64,000 nt of DNA, taken from assembly GCA_002269645.1 (NCBI GenBank), contig NIVC01000445.1:372001-436000 (forward strand). The letters run 5' to 3'. The notes beneath the pieces were generated by a model that ran no database searches, had not been told where the DNA came from, and saw only the letters and a program-made list of their open reading frames with translations. Shown piece by piece: positions 41,854-54,786 of this stretch. Made by a program: the position numbers and the translations under genes. Numbering within the stretch: position 1 is the stretch's first letter; every line of letters starts with the position of its first letter. Origin of the DNA: Macrostomum lignano. Its lineage: Eukaryota.

Positions 41854-42734
41854 CTGAAACTACTTTCGCAGCAGCTGAGCAATGCTGTGCTTATTCTTCA
41901 TCAGTGGCCTATAAGCAGTTTTATGGTCCGAGCGCTATGGCTCGAGTGTCTACCCGTATCATTTTCATTTTTTTATCTTCGACCCAGAAAAAAACTTGAT
42001 CCGTCCGTCTCAAAGCGTTTGAATAGAATATAATCTCACATTTCCCCCAGAAATCTGCCAGAAGAATCTTGGATTTTTTCAAGCCGAAAATAACCGGAGG
42101 AAGAGGAGGAACAGAATGCTCAGCTGAGCAGCCAGTGCAGATCTCGAGATGCCCTTGATTAATGCCATGCTCTGTCCCTCACTGCTCCCCCGTCCCTGCC
42201 TAATGAAGCCATGGATGGAGATCGATTCAAATTCTGCTGCTACGGGAGCATATCGGGATTGGTAAGAATTGGGATGAGAGTTTGGCAGCCGGACCAACTA
42301 CGCCTATAGTTTTGCACTCGTAAAAAATATTTTATGTGCATTTCCCGAAAATGTCAGCGAACTGGGAAGTGACCTTGCGAGATCCTGGCAGGGGAGGCTG
42401 CGAGATAAGATAGATGAAGGCGTGGAAGAGTTAAGTGCAAAAAAACTGTCGCGAAAATTGTAGAAAAATACAACAGCAGATCTTCTGGTCCGTCTTTTCG
42501 TTCTGACTAATTAATTATTAATGATTTTCTAAACCCTGCAAGAAATGATAAGCAATTAAAATGCACATTGGACAGGCAAAAACTAATTGGCCCTATCAGT
42601 AGTGACAAAACTCAAAGAAGTGCACCCAACACCTAGAGCATCGCCACACGAAATGCATAGCGGAAAGGGGATAGATATGAAGGGGATAGATATAAGAGTG
42701 GGTGGGCTGTAATAGACAAGGATGGGAGATTAAG

Positions 42735-42997
42735 GGGAGAGAAGAGAAAAGATAGAGGAGAAAGGGAGAAGGGAGGGGAGGGGTGAGAGGTGAGAGGTGA
42801 GTAGAGAGGAGAAAGGGGAAGAGAGAGGGGAGGAGAGAGGAGAGAGGGGAGGAGAGAGGAGAGAGGGGAGGAGAGAGGAGAAAGGGGAGGAGAGAGGGGA
42901 GGAGAGAGGAGAGAGGGGAGGAGAGAGGAGAGAGGGGAGGAGAGAGGAGAAAGGGGAGGAGAGAGGGGAGGAGAGAGGAGAGAGGGAGGAGAGAGGA

Positions 42998-43028
<31 letters not shown>

Positions 43029-43545
43029 GAGAGAGGAGAGAGGGGAGGAGAGAGGAGAGAGGAGAGACGGGAAGTTAGAGGGGAGGAGAGAGGAAAGAGG
43101 AGAGAGGAGAGAGAGGAGAGAGGAGAGAGGAGAGAGGAGAGAGGAGAGAGGAGAGAGGAGAGAGGAGAGAGGAGAGAGAGGAGAGAGAGGAGAGAGGGGA
43201 GAGAGAGAGAAGAAGAGAGAGAGGAGAGAGAGGAGAGAGGAGAGAGGAGAGAGGAGAGAGAGGAGAGAGGAGAGAGGAGAGAGAGGAGAGAGAGGAGAGA
43301 GGAGAGAGGAGAGAGAGGAGAGAGGAGAGAGGAGAGAGGAGAGAGAGGAGAGAGAGGAGAGAGGGGAGAGGAGAGAGAAGAGAGAGAGGAGAGAGAGGAG
43401 AGAGGAGAGAGGAGAGAGGAGAGAGGAGAGAGGAGAGAGGAGAGAGGAGAGAGTAGAGAGGAGAGAGGAGAGAGGAAGAGAGGAGAGAGAGGAGAGAGGA
43501 GAGAGGAGAGAGAGGAGAGAGAGGAGAGAGGAGAGAAGATGAGGA
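42735..43545. repeat. Polypurine (GA-rich) low-complexity tract
   Basis: Direct reading. Confidence 0.95.
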
Positions 43546-44087
43546 TAGAGAGAGTAGGTGTTGTAGGGAAAGGGTGATGATAAGAAAGATGGAGCCAGAG
43601 AGGAAAGAAAAGTGCAGGGAAGAAATGAAGACTTACTCATAATGCGAGCTGTAATAAAGCAAAAGCTCAATTTGAAGTCGCCCGGCGGTTGCCACAGAGA
43701 CCAGAGTGTTCTAACAAAAGGTAGCAAAGGTAGAGAAAAAAATCAGAAATACTAAATCAAGACAGTTTTGGGCGACAAGAAACTGGAGGAGAAGACAATT
43801 CAGACAGTTATTTTGCTAGATAAAGACATCAATGGGCAGCTTTGATGTCCATCCCGTACTGCATGCTACAAGCTCACAAGCGAACTGCAATAGCGCAAGC
43901 CTGCAGGGCTTCAATGGGAACGGCAAGGCTGTTTAAAGCTAAAATATAAAGCTAAAAGACTTTTTCTAAACAGCCCGAGGACTTGCGGCCGGAGCGTGTA
44001 CCGATTCTGGCGCAGATTTGAATCCATTTTAACTGAATTCATCAATTCCCGCTGAGCTCAGACACTTGGACTCTGTTCGATCCAGTG

Positions 44088-44840
44088 TTCTCCCTTTCCC
44101 TCCCTCTCCCCCCTTTCCCTCCCTCTCCTCCCTTTCCCTCCCTCTCCTCCCTTTCCCTCCCTCTCCTCCCTTTCCCTCCCTCTCCTCCCTTTCCCTCCCT
44201 CTCCTCCCTTTCCCTCCCTCTCCTCCCTTTCCCTCCCTCTTCTCCCTTTCCCTCCCTCTCCTCCCTTTCCCTCCCTCTCTTCTCTTGCTGTCCCTCTCCT
44301 CCCTTTCCCTCCCTCTCCTCCTGCTCTCCCTCTCCTCCCTTGCTCTCCCTCTCCTCCCTTGCTCTCCCTCTCCTCCCTTGCTCTCCCTCTCTTCTCTTGC
44401 TGTCCCTCTCCTCCCTTTCCCTCCCTCTCTTCTCTTGCTGTCCCTCTCTTCTCTTGCTGTCCCTCTCCTCCCTTTCCCTCCCTCTCCTCCTGCTCTCCCT
44501 CTCCTCCCTTGCTCTCCCTCTCTTCTCTTGCTGTCCCTCTCCTCCCTTTCCCTCCCTCTCTTCTCTTGCTGTCCCTCTCCTCCCTTTCCCTCCCTCTCCT
44601 CCTGCTCTCCCTCTCCTCCCTTGCTCTCCCTCTCTTCTCTTGCTGTCCCTCTCCTCCCTTTCCCTCCCTCTCTTCTCTTGCTGTCCCTCTCTTCTCTTGC
44701 TCTCCCTCTCCTCCCTTTCCCTCCCTCTCCTCCTGCTCTCCCTCTCCTCCCTTGCTCTCCCTCTCCTCCCTTGCTCTCCCTCTCCTCCCTTGCTCTCCCT
44801 CTCCTCCTGCTCTCCCTCTCCTCCCTTGCTCTCCCTCTCT
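44088..44840. repeat. Polypyrimidine composite array (~17-19 bp units ctctcctccctttccctcc / ctcttctcttgctgtcc)
   Basis: Direct reading. Confidence 0.93.
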
Positions 44841-45489
44841 CGTCTATCCTCTCTATTCTCTCATCTTTCCTCTCCTCACTGCTCCACCTCTCCGTCCTTC
44901 CCTCCCTCTCTCCAGCCCTCTCATTCTCCCACTTGATTTCCTGGGCCGAAACGAACTAAAAAGTGTGTAAACTAATAAAAGTACATTTCATTTCCAGATG
45001 CAAGTTGAGGCATCGCATTGACAATTCCATCCACTACCAATTGCCAATGGCTGAGGCCAAAACAGAAGCAGGACGCGAGAAGCCAATCAAAGAAGCCAGC
45101 GATTCCAATAGGGCAAGAATTTAGCAGAAGCAGCAGGCAGAGGCAGAAGCAATACAAGAAGCAGAAGAGAGGGGAGATGAGTTTAAAGTAGCTGAATTCT
45201 GTCAAATCTATCGACCTGTGCTCAAGACTCCTCTGCTCTGGCTCTCGGAACAAAAACGGTCGTCTTCACTAATTGGCCCTTCTTTAAATAAGAGACGCAT
45301 GCACTCTTTTAGGAGCAGCAAGTCAAGGAGGTGAGGCTGAATCTTCCATTTGTCGGCTGGTATTGAGTATTGAGTATCTGAATAGGCTGAATTGAGAACT
45401 TTGAACTGAAGCGAGAATTCAAACCCTTTTTAGAAATAGAAAAATCTCCAACCGTTTGGAGTAGCGCGATTGCTGACTTCTCATTTTCT

Positions 45490-46170
45490 CACCTTCTCTC
45501 TCCCTTTCTCCCCCTCTATCTCCTCTTTCCGTCTCACTTTCTCCCCTCTCTCCCCTCTCTCCCTCTCCCCCTCTCACTCTCTTCCCTCTCTCCCTCTCTC
45601 CCCTCTCTCCCCTCTCTCCCCTCTCACTCTCTCACTCTCTCCCCTCTCTCCCCTCTCCCCCTCACTCTCTCCCCTCTCTCCCCTCTCCCCCTCTCACTCT
45701 CTCCTCTCTCTCCCCTCTCCCCCTCACTCTCTGCCCTCTCTCCCTCTCCCCCTCTCACTCTCTCCTCTCTCTCCCCTCTCCCCCTCTCACTCTCTCCCCT
45801 CTCTCCCCTCTCCCCCTCACTCTCTCACTCTCTCCCCTCTCTCCCCTCTCCCCCTCTCACTCTCTCCCCTCTCTCCCCTCTCCCTCTCACTCTCTCCTCT
45901 CTCTCCCCTCTCCCCTCTCACTCTCTCCCCTCTCTCCCCTCTCCCCCTCTCACTCTCTCCTCTCTTTCCCCTCTCCCCCTCTCACTCTCTCCCCTCTCTC
46001 CCCTCTCCCCCTCTCACTCTCTCCTCTCTCTCCCCTCTCCCCTCTCACTCTCTCCCCTCTCTCCCCTCTCCCCCTCTCACTCTCTCCCCTCTCTCCCCTC
46101 TCCCCCTCTCACTCTCTCCTCTCTCTCCCCTCTCTCCCCTCTCTTCCTTCTCTCCCCTCTCCCTCTCTTC
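45490..46170. repeat. Polypyrimidine (CT-rich) low-complexity tract
   Basis: Direct reading. Confidence 0.93.
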
Positions 46171-46543
46171 TCGTTTGTACAGCGACTTAATCTAAATAAT
46201 TTTTGCTGTACTTTTACCCTTTTTCATTTCTCTTCTCAAGAAAACTTTCGCACAAGTGTGCTGTTAAGTTTTGAAAGCATTCAATTCTACTCGTAAGAAT
46301 AAAAGCATATCAGGTTAGCAAGAGCTTCTACTGCACAAGAAGTCTTTATTTACTGCTGGATTTGAGACATCTATTGAGTTAAACACAGCTCAGTTCCTCA
46401 GTGGTTGGCAAAAGTTCAACTGTTTTACCCGCTGACAGAATGGCCAGTGTCCCAGTGGGAAAGGAAACGGCACGGCTGTATCGGATGGCAACTGGGAAAA
46501 AGGATGGGGCTAGAGACGGACTCTGCAGGAATGCGCCAGAAAC

Positions 46544-46545
<2 letters not shown>

Positions 46546-46630
<85 letters not shown>
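46546..46630. repeat. (GA)n microsatellite
   Basis: Direct reading. Confidence 0.97.
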
Positions 46631-46637
<7 letters not shown>

Positions 46638-47944
46638 AGGGAACAGTATGAGAGCAATTGCTGGCATCCTATTTCCTGAGTATTTTCTGCTCTGGGCTCT
46701 CTGCACACTGTTTTACTCCGGCACTTAGTTTTTAGTTTTCACCTGGCTGCGTTTCCCAGCTCTCAGTTTCTGTTGCTAAGGTAAACGCCGCCTCTCGCGC
46801 TACGCGACCCCTTGGTTCGATTTTCCGTGCGCTGGCACATTAGTCGGGTCTTGTCCCGTACACCCTGTGTGAGCGGTGTGCATGAGCGCGTGCCCGCGTA
46901 CTGCATTGGCGCGCTGCTTTAAAAAAAGAGAAACAGAACGAATGAGCAGCAGCTCGTGTCCTTTGCTCGGGCTCCGTGTGCCAACCCACGGTCCACCGGC
47001 GCTGTCCGCTCGATTATCCCAGCAGGCAGCCCTGCTGGGATATCCCCAGGCGACCCTCCCAGCCTCTCGAAGGACGGCATCAATCGATAAAGAAAATAGC
47101 AAGGAAAGAGACAGCATAGGCTTCTTTCTTTTACTATAGAAATGCATAGGTGCACAATAATAAGCTTGAAGTTTCTCGGGTGGGGGCCCCACACTTGTTA
47201 TGCCTAATTTGAGGCGCCAACTTAGGGTGCTAAACTGGAGGACTCCGGAGTCACGACTCAGGGGTCAGGGCTCAGGGGGTCAGGAGATCAGGGAGTCAGG
47301 GTTCAGGGGGTCAGGACTCAGGACTCAGTGGGTCAGGACTCAGGGGGTCAGGACTCAGGGGTCATGAGTACTCACTAATAAGGAGTACACCTTTTCTGTT
47401 AGGCACTTTACAACCTACCAAGCGTTAGAAGCTGATGAAGAAAGCGGTCCACCTGGGTTGTAATTAATGAAATGAGTCAACCGAACGGCAGGAGCAGTGA
47501 GAGTCCCGCTGACCATAATATTTTAATGCCAATATTGTTCTTGAATTTGGGGGGGGGGTAGCTGACCCTTTGACTCCCCGTTCACTGATCTTCAAAATGA
47601 AAGTTTATTAAAAGCTTTATTAGTAGCTGTATCCGAACTTCGCATAACTAGCGCAATAGATATTGCTACTGCTGGCTGCCAAAGACTCCCCCCATAATTG
47701 CCTGCGTGAGAATTTTTTCCGGGCTGCCTGCTGCCACCCACCCCACCCACCCCAGCCCCTACGATAGAAAATTGGAAAAGCTCTTCTCAGTCCACTTGGC
47801 CTCAACACCATCCAGGGAGCGTTTGACATTTGGACTGGAAACTTGACAGGTCGATTTTCATACCACAAAGTTCAGGATTAATAAATTTAAATTTAAAATT
47901 TAAATTAATAAAATTTAGGTTTAGTAATGTTTAGGATTACTGAA

Positions 47945-48095
47945 ATCAAGGATTAGTAAAGTTTAGGATTAGTAAAGTTTAGGATTGTTGAAGTTTAAGA
48001 TTAGTAAAGTTAAGGATTAGTGAAGTTTAGGATTAGTGAGTTTTAGGATTAGTGAATTTTAGGATTAGTGAAGTTAAGGATTGATGAAGTTTAGG
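47945..48095. repeat. ~16-bp degenerate minisatellite (aggattagtaaagttt)
   Basis: Direct reading. Confidence 0.85.
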
Positions 48096-48268
48096 CATCC
48101 AGTCTGTATGCGTGTCAGCTCTGATTTATATCCAGAGGTCCTTGACCCACTCGGCCTGAAGTGCGCGAGGTCGCGCAGACACGCATAATAAGAAAGCGAG
48201 TGAGCTCAATGGAATGAGAGGGAGACTGCGGTCAAGCAAACACCTCTCAGTCAGCTCTGCTCTGCTTT

Positions 48269-48275
48269 TATAAAA
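48269..48275 (+). promoter_or_regulatory. Candidate TATA box of the HS3ST gene
   Basis: TATAAAA ~135 nt upstream of the ATG at 48411; position is plausible but unproven. Confidence 0.4.
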
Positions 48276-48410
48276 AAACAAAGCCAGACAAAGAGAGGAG
48301 TTTATGCAACTCGGTGCAGAAAGCTCGCCAGCGTTCTCAACAATTGCAGGAGCAGAAAAAAGGCGGACAGCAGCTGCGAGCAGACGATCAGCGAGCAGTG
48401 CGACTCGAGG

Positions 48411-49370
48411 ATGTCCGGCCATGGCGGGCGGCTGCTGCTGCGGATCGGCCTGGCAGCCCTGCTGGCCGCCGCGGCACTCCTGACCGTCGCTGTCCTCCTC
48501 CGCGGTCACCGGACGCCGCCGCCGTCGCTCCCACCGCCGCCGCAGCAGCAGCTGCCACACTGCATCATCATCGGCGCCAGGAAGTGCGGCACCCGCGCCC
48601 TCCTGGATTTTCTAGACGCTCATCCGAACGTGGCCGCGGCCAGAAGCGAAATTCACTACTTCGACAAGACGGACAGGCTGCGGCGGGGCCTCAGCTGGTA
48701 CCGCGGCCAGATGCCCCACAGCCGGCCCGGCCAGTTCACGATCGAGAAGACGCCCGCCTATTTTGTTACCGAGGCGGCGCCGCGGCTGGCGCGCCGTCAG
48801 CTTGGCGCCAATCTGCGCCTGCTACTGATTTTGCGCGACCCCGTGACCCGGGTGGTCAGCGACTACGCCCAGCACCTGCACCGTCGGGCCAAAGCGGGAC
48901 GGCCGGCCCGTCCATTGGAACGGCTTGTGCTGTCCGGCTCCGGCCGGGTGAACCCGCGCTCCCGGATGATTCAAACCTCCGTCTATCATCGGCATCTGCG
49001 CCGCTGGCTGCGCCACTTTCCCGCCGACCGGCTGCACATTGTCGACGGCGACCGGTTGATCGGCGAGCCGCACGAAGAGCTCCGCCTGGTTGAGCAGTTC
49101 CTCAGCCTGCCCAGCTTCCTCAATCGGCCGGAGCAGTTTGTGTTCAACTCTACCAAGGGATTCTACTGCGTTCGGGGCCGGCGGCAGCGGCAGCGCTGTC
49201 TGGGCAGCGAGAAGGGCCGCCAGCATCCGCCGGTGTCGCCGGTGACTCTGGCCAAGCTGCGCGCCTACTTTGAACCGCACAACCTCCGACTGGCGGAGCT
49301 GACGGGCCGGCGCTTTGCCTGGATGGGGCGGCCGGAGCAGCTGGGCGCGGGTTCGAATCCCGTCCTGTGA
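48411..49370 (+). CDS. HS3ST: Heparan sulfate glucosamine 3-O-sulfotransferase, intronless, 319 aa
   Basis: N-terminal signal-anchor; PHCIIIGARKCGTRALL (5'-PSB loop), SEIHYFD (catalytic E/H/D), IEKTPAYF, LILRDPVTRVVSDY (3'-PB), FNSTKGFYC, CLGSEKGRQHP. Confidence 0.95.
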   Translation: MSGHGGRLLLRIGLAALLAAAALLTVAVLLRGHRTPPPSLPPPPQQQLPHCIIIGARKCGTRALLDFLDAHPNVAAARSEIHYFDKTDRLRRGLSWYRGQMPHSRPGQFTIEKTPAYFVTEAAPRLARRQLGANLRLLLILRDPVTRVVSDYAQHLHRRAKAGRPARPLERLVLSGSGRVNPRSRMIQTSVYHRHLRRWLRHFPADRLHIVDGDRLIGEPHEELRLVEQFLSLPSFLNRPEQFVFNSTKGFYCVRGRRQRQRCLGSEKGRQHPPVSPVTLAKLRAYFEPHNLRLAELTGRRFAWMGRPEQLGAGSNPVL

Positions 49371-49424
49371 TGAATGGCAGCGAATTTAACCAGATTCAAG
49401 CGAGTCCTGACCCCGATCCCCTGC

Positions 49425-49858
49425 TCCTCCTCTCTCTCACCTGACCGTGCTGAGTCCTGTTTCCCTCTCTCTCACCTGACCGTGCTGAGTCCTGTTCCCC
49501 TCTCTCTCACCTGACCGTGCTGAGTCCCTGTTCCCCTCTCTCTCACCTGACCGTGCTGAGTCCTGTTCCCCTCTCTCTCGCCTGACCGTGCTGAGTCCTG
49601 TTCCCCTCTCTCTCACCTGACCGTGCTGAGTCCTGTTCCCCCCTCTCTCACCTGACCGTGCTGAGTCCCTGTTCCCCTCTCTCTCACCTGACCGTGCTGA
49701 GTCCTGTTCCCCTCTCTCTCACCTGACCGTGCTGAGTCCTGTTCCCCTCTCTCTCTCACCTGACCGTGCTGAGTCCTGGTCCCCTCTCTCTCACCTGACC
49801 GTGCTGAGTCCCTGTTCCTCTCTCTCTCTCTCTCTCACCTGACTGTGCTGAGTCCCTG

Positions 49859-49921
<63 letters not shown>

Positions 49922-50006
49922 TGACTGTGCTGAGTCTCTGTTCCTCTCTCTCTCTCTCTCACCTGACCGTGCTGAGTCCCTGTTCCTCTCTCTCTCACCT
50001 TGACCG
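49425..50006. repeat. ~35-bp minisatellite (ctcacctgaccgtgctgagtcctgttcccctctct) with an expanding (CT)n tract
   Basis: Direct reading; starts ~55 bp after the HS3ST stop. Confidence 0.93.
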
Positions 50007-50825
50007 TCTGACAATGTTTTAAAATGGCAAAGATTGTTATAAGCCTTCACCCTCCGTTAGTTGCCTACAAGGTTTAAACTAAATTCATTCCCCTGTGACA
50101 ATAACCCTCACACATGACTTTCTATCCCTCCACTTTGTGAATTTTGTTATCATAAGATTTTTTCAGCAGAGTTTTTAATCAATTCTCTGCCAGAATATTT
50201 AGCCTCGGCATTTGCTTGCTAAAAGCAAAGTTGACCAACTTTTACCAACTTTGTCTGCCTGTTATTTTTTCATTGAGAAAGTGGCTTGCACACACACACA
50301 CTGTGTTTGCACATAACTATATACAAAGCAAGCTCGTGAAAAAGCACTGCACTCACATGTGCTCAAATTCTTGTTCGTTAACTTGTGCTTTTTTATTTCT
50401 TGACTCAATCGGAGCTGCGCAGTGACTAATTAGGGATGAGCAATCATTAGCTGGAGAAAATGTGCCACAGCACGCAATCAAGGTCAAGGAAAGTACACTA
50501 ACACAACACATAATCATAGCTCGTAATCAGGTCGTAAAGTTAGTAGTAGCTTTGTAATAAATTTTTAATACAGCAAAAATGTGCAGCTCGTGTTTCGATT
50601 TATTAATTAGAAATTAAGAAAAAAATCTATAGTATTACTGTTTTCAGTAGTATCAATAGCAAAAATGATGATTTTCTATGTATAGTCAGTTATTCAGCAA
50701 GCAGTTAAGCAGACCCGCTGATCCTTGCATGTACACTCTCTGTGCCTTAGGGGGGGGGGTCGGCCATCGGGGCGTGAATTGCAGAGCAAGGTAAATTTCC
50801 ATGGCAAATCAAGCTTCAAATTACT

Positions 50826-50900
50826 ATGACCGCATTCGGATTCGAACTCGGGTCCTATAACTTGATATTAAGATGCGTTAACCTCTGACGGGGCTACCCT
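50826..50900 (-). mobile_element. Possible degenerate tRNA-derived SINE head
   Basis: Minus strand gagggtagcccgtcagaggttaac...gagttcgaatccgaatgcggtc: clear B box, weak A box, no full cloverleaf. Confidence 0.35.
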
Positions 50901-51033
50901 CATGTCCTCCGCACACAATATCTGAGCGTTAAAAAAAGCATATTTACTGCAGCCAATCAGATTTCACGGGAGTGAGGTGGGGCGTCAAAGTTTCTATTTT
51001 TAGCAACAGCAGTAAATAAAATCGACAGAATCG

Positions 51034-53811
51034 CTAGGCCAGAAACTGGGCCCTATTGAGACCCTCAACGATCAGCGGCACAATCGATTGCAGAAATTTT
51101 AGCCAGATGGGGCGGTTAGCGGCGTACTGACTGCCCAGTCTGTCCTGGAACACCGCGTCAAGGACGTTGTTGAGAGCCTGAATCAATGAATTGACGTTGG
51201 GGGTGTTTCCTGATACTTAAATATGTATATATTGTTAACTTATTTTATATCAGACATTTAAGAAAACTAGAATTCCTAGAAACCAATAAAAGATACCCGA
51301 AGCCAATTCTAATATCCTGAAGACAAATAGTATTCTAATTCTAAGAAAGCTATAAAATTCACTGGAAACTAAAAAGCCTTCCAGGAAACTCCGTGAAATT
51401 CTAAGAAACCCAGGTAAATAAAAACAATTAATTCTAGGAAAAAACAGTAGAATTTTAGCAAAAACTAGCTTCCAAAAAACCATGTGAAATTCCAAGAAAC
51501 GCAATTAAAAACTCGGGAACCGTGTCAGATTCCAAGAAACTTAATCAAATCTTATAATTCTAAGAAACAGATATGAAATTCCAGGAAACCTAATACGAAA
51601 TTCAATCTGCGCGTTTTGCTGCGTCAATAGATTCCTGGAAACCTTGCAGAATTCTTAGAAACAATGCAAAACTGTTGTTCAATCAAATAAAATTCTAGGA
51701 AACTGCAGGTACATTGTGCACACAGAAGTCCCCGCCGCACCAGGAAGTGATCAACGTTAACTCCTCGATTGAGGTGCGACTCGCCGATGAGCCGCAAGGT
51801 CTCCGCTGAGGCCTCCGGATGGGAGCTGCCCAACGAAGCGATCACCGAGTCCATCGAGTTCACCACGCGGAGGCCGTGGGCGCGCAGGGCGGGCAGCCCG
51901 GCCAGCTCAGACAGGGGCCGGTCGCGGAAGTTCGAAAACTTCACCTGCACCTCCGGGTACAGCTGGAACAGCCTGAGGGATGCGGGCGGCCGCTGATAAA
52001 GCAGATGCGCTTGATGACACTTAAATTGTCGCCCCTGACACACTTGAGTTGTTTCCACTGACACACTTGACTTGTTTCCACTGACACACTTGACTTGTTT
52101 CCACTGACACACTTGACTTGTTTCCACTGACGCACTTGACTTGTTTCCCCTGACACACTTGACTTGTTTCCCCTGACACACTTGACTTGTTTCCCCTGAC
52201 ACACTTGACTTGTTTCCCCTGACACACTTGACTTGTTTCCCCTGACACACTTGACTTGTTTCCACTGACACACTTGACTTGTTTCCACTGACACACTTGA
52301 CTTGTTTCCACTGACACACTTGACTTGTTTCCACTGACACACTTGACTTGTTTCCACTGACACACTTGACTTGTTTCCACTGACACACTTGACTTGTTTC
52401 CACTGACACACTTGACTTGTTTCCACTGACACACTTGACTTGTTTCCCCTGACACACTTGACTTGTTTCCACTGACACTTGACTTGTTTCCCCTGACACA
52501 CTTGACTTGTCGCTCCTGACACACTTGACTTGTTTCCCCTGACACACTTGACTTGTTTCCCCTGACACACTTGACTTGTTTCCCCTGACACACTTGACTT
52601 GTTTCCACTGACACACTTGACTTGTTTCCCCTGACACACTTGACTTGTCGCTCCTGACACACTTGACTTGTTTCCACTGACACACTTGACTTGTTTCCCC
52701 TGACACACTTGACTTGTTTCCACTGACACACTTGACTTGTTTCCCCTGACACACTTGACTTGTTTCCCCTGACACACTTGACTTGTTTCCACTGACACAC
52801 TTGACTTGTTTCCCCTGACACACTTGACTTGTTTCCCCTGACACACTTGACTTGTTTCCACTGACACACTTGACTTGTTTCCACTGACACACTTGACTTG
52901 TTTCCCCTGACACACTTGACTTGTTTTCCCTGACACACTTGACTTGTTTCCCCTGACACACTTGACTTGTTTCCCCTGACACACTTGACTTGTTTCCACT
53001 GACACACTTGACTTGTTTCCACTGACACACTTGACTTGTTTCCCCTGACACACTTGACTTGTTTCCCCTGACACACTTGACTTGTTTCCACTGACACACT
53101 TGACTTGTCGCTCCTGACACACTTGACTTGTTTCCCCTGACACACTTGACTTGTTTCCCCTGACACACTTGACTTGTTTCCCCTGACACACTTGACTTGT
53201 CGCTCCTGACACACTTGACTTGTTTCCACTGACACACTTGACTTGTTTCCCCTGACACACTTGACTTGTTTCCACTGACACACTTGACTTGTTTCCCCTG
53301 ACACACTTGACTTGTTTCCACTGACACACTTGACTTGTCGCTCCTGACACACTTGACTTGTTTCCCCTGACACACTTGACTTGTTTCCCCTGACACACTT
53401 GACTTGTCGCTCCTGACACACTTGACTTGTTTCCCCTGACACACTTGACTTGTTTCCCCTGACACACTTGACTTGTCGCTCCTGACACACTTGACTTGTT
53501 TCCCCTGACACACTTGACTTGTTTCCCCTGACACACTTGAGTTGGTGCCCCTGGCACTTGAATTTGTGCCTTAACTTAGCTCGAAAAGTGGCAGCCCTGA
53601 TAGTCACACGATGATTGAGACCTACTGACACACCAAAACTGAGACAATTCCTGAAGAATTCATGTAGCATCCAGCAGCTAGCGAGTACAATCTCACTCGC
53701 TACTCACTTGAGAAACACGGCCACACCCAGAGCGATTTTGTCCCTGGTAGCTGCCAACCAGTCGGCCTTGATGACTCGCTGCTCCTGCTCTGTCAGACTG
53801 ATTTTCTCCAT
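51034..53811 (-). CDS. Single-domain globin, 3 exons, 159 aa
   Basis: Exons 53708-53811 (MEKISLTEQEQRVIKADW...GVAVFLK), 51741-51972 (LFQLYPEVQVKFSNF...RAHGLRV...GESHLNRGVNVDHFL), 51034-51177 (ALNNVL...WLKFLQSIVPLIVEGL...). Introns fall at the canonical B12.2 and G7.0 positions. CD1 Phe, E7 His and F8 His are present. Confidence 0.92.
52034..53545. repeat. 23-bp minisatellite (gacacacttgacttgtttcc(a/c)ct) filling globin intron 1
   Basis: Direct reading, ~65 copies. Confidence 0.97.
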
Positions 53812-54256
53812 TACGGAAAATGCTAGCTATGCTCGTAGATATTTGATATTGCAACGGAAAAGAAAGTAGACAAAGTCTATTATTTGAAAATTTGTTTATA
53901 TAGAACAGCGGACTGAGCTGGGCCGGAAGGCATCAAGCATGACAGCACTGACTGCTGATGGAGCTTTGATGGCTTCCTGGTTTGATGAAAGGGAAACTCG
54001 CTAATGCAGACGGTGCCCCGGCTGTAATTACAGGAGACCCTGGCATGAGAAGCCTGTTTTTCATTCAGGCAGGCACATTAGACTTAGAGAGACATCCTGA
54101 AAGAGATGCGGCACGAACGGAAACTGCGGACGCTAAGGCAGGCTAAGCTAAGATGTCATGCATGAGCGGCGACGATCTGTTCAGCTTTCGTTCCTGGCAT
54201 GACTTCTGCTTTTCACAGCGGCTGTGCTTTGCCTTTTTATAAAATAGAAGTTGAAA

Positions 54257-54572
54257 GCTCCCGCTCACTCACCACTGCCTTCACGCCGCCCCCGATCCCT
54301 TCACACTGCTCCCGCTCACTCACCACTGCCTTCACGCCGCCCCCGATCCCTTCACACTGCTCCCGCTCACTTCACACTGCCTCCGCTCTCTTCACACTGC
54401 TCCCGCTCTCTTCACACTGCCTTCACGCCGCCCCCGCTCTCTTCACACTGCTCCCGCTCCTTTCACACTGCTCCCGCTCACTTCACACCCCTTTCACACC
54501 GCCCCCGCTCCCTTCACACTGCTTCTGCTCACTCACCACTGCCTTCACGCCGCCCCCGCTCCCCTTCACACT
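54257..54572. repeat. C-rich composite repeat (51-bp unit built from 15-20 bp subunits)
   Basis: Two near-identical 51-mers from 54257, then degenerate subunits. Confidence 0.85.
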
Positions 54573-54786
54573 GTTCCCACTGAAGTCATTAAAAATACAC
54601 AACAAGCCCATGGCCATTTCAACAAAGGATGTTACATAGCTCCTAATAGTAACACAAATATTGATGGTAAAAAACCGATCACCATAACCGTAAAGCACTA
54701 AAAGAATTCCACACTATACTGATATTATTGTAATAAAGTTTTCAGTTTAATTAGCGAGTAAATTTGTTCTTCATCAGAGTAGTTTA

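Noticed and set aside
49347-49363. tRNA T-arm / B-box-like gcgggttcgaatcccgt at the end of the HS3ST CDS
   Set aside because: No other tRNA arms; it lies in the coding frame (AGSNPV) and is likely chance.
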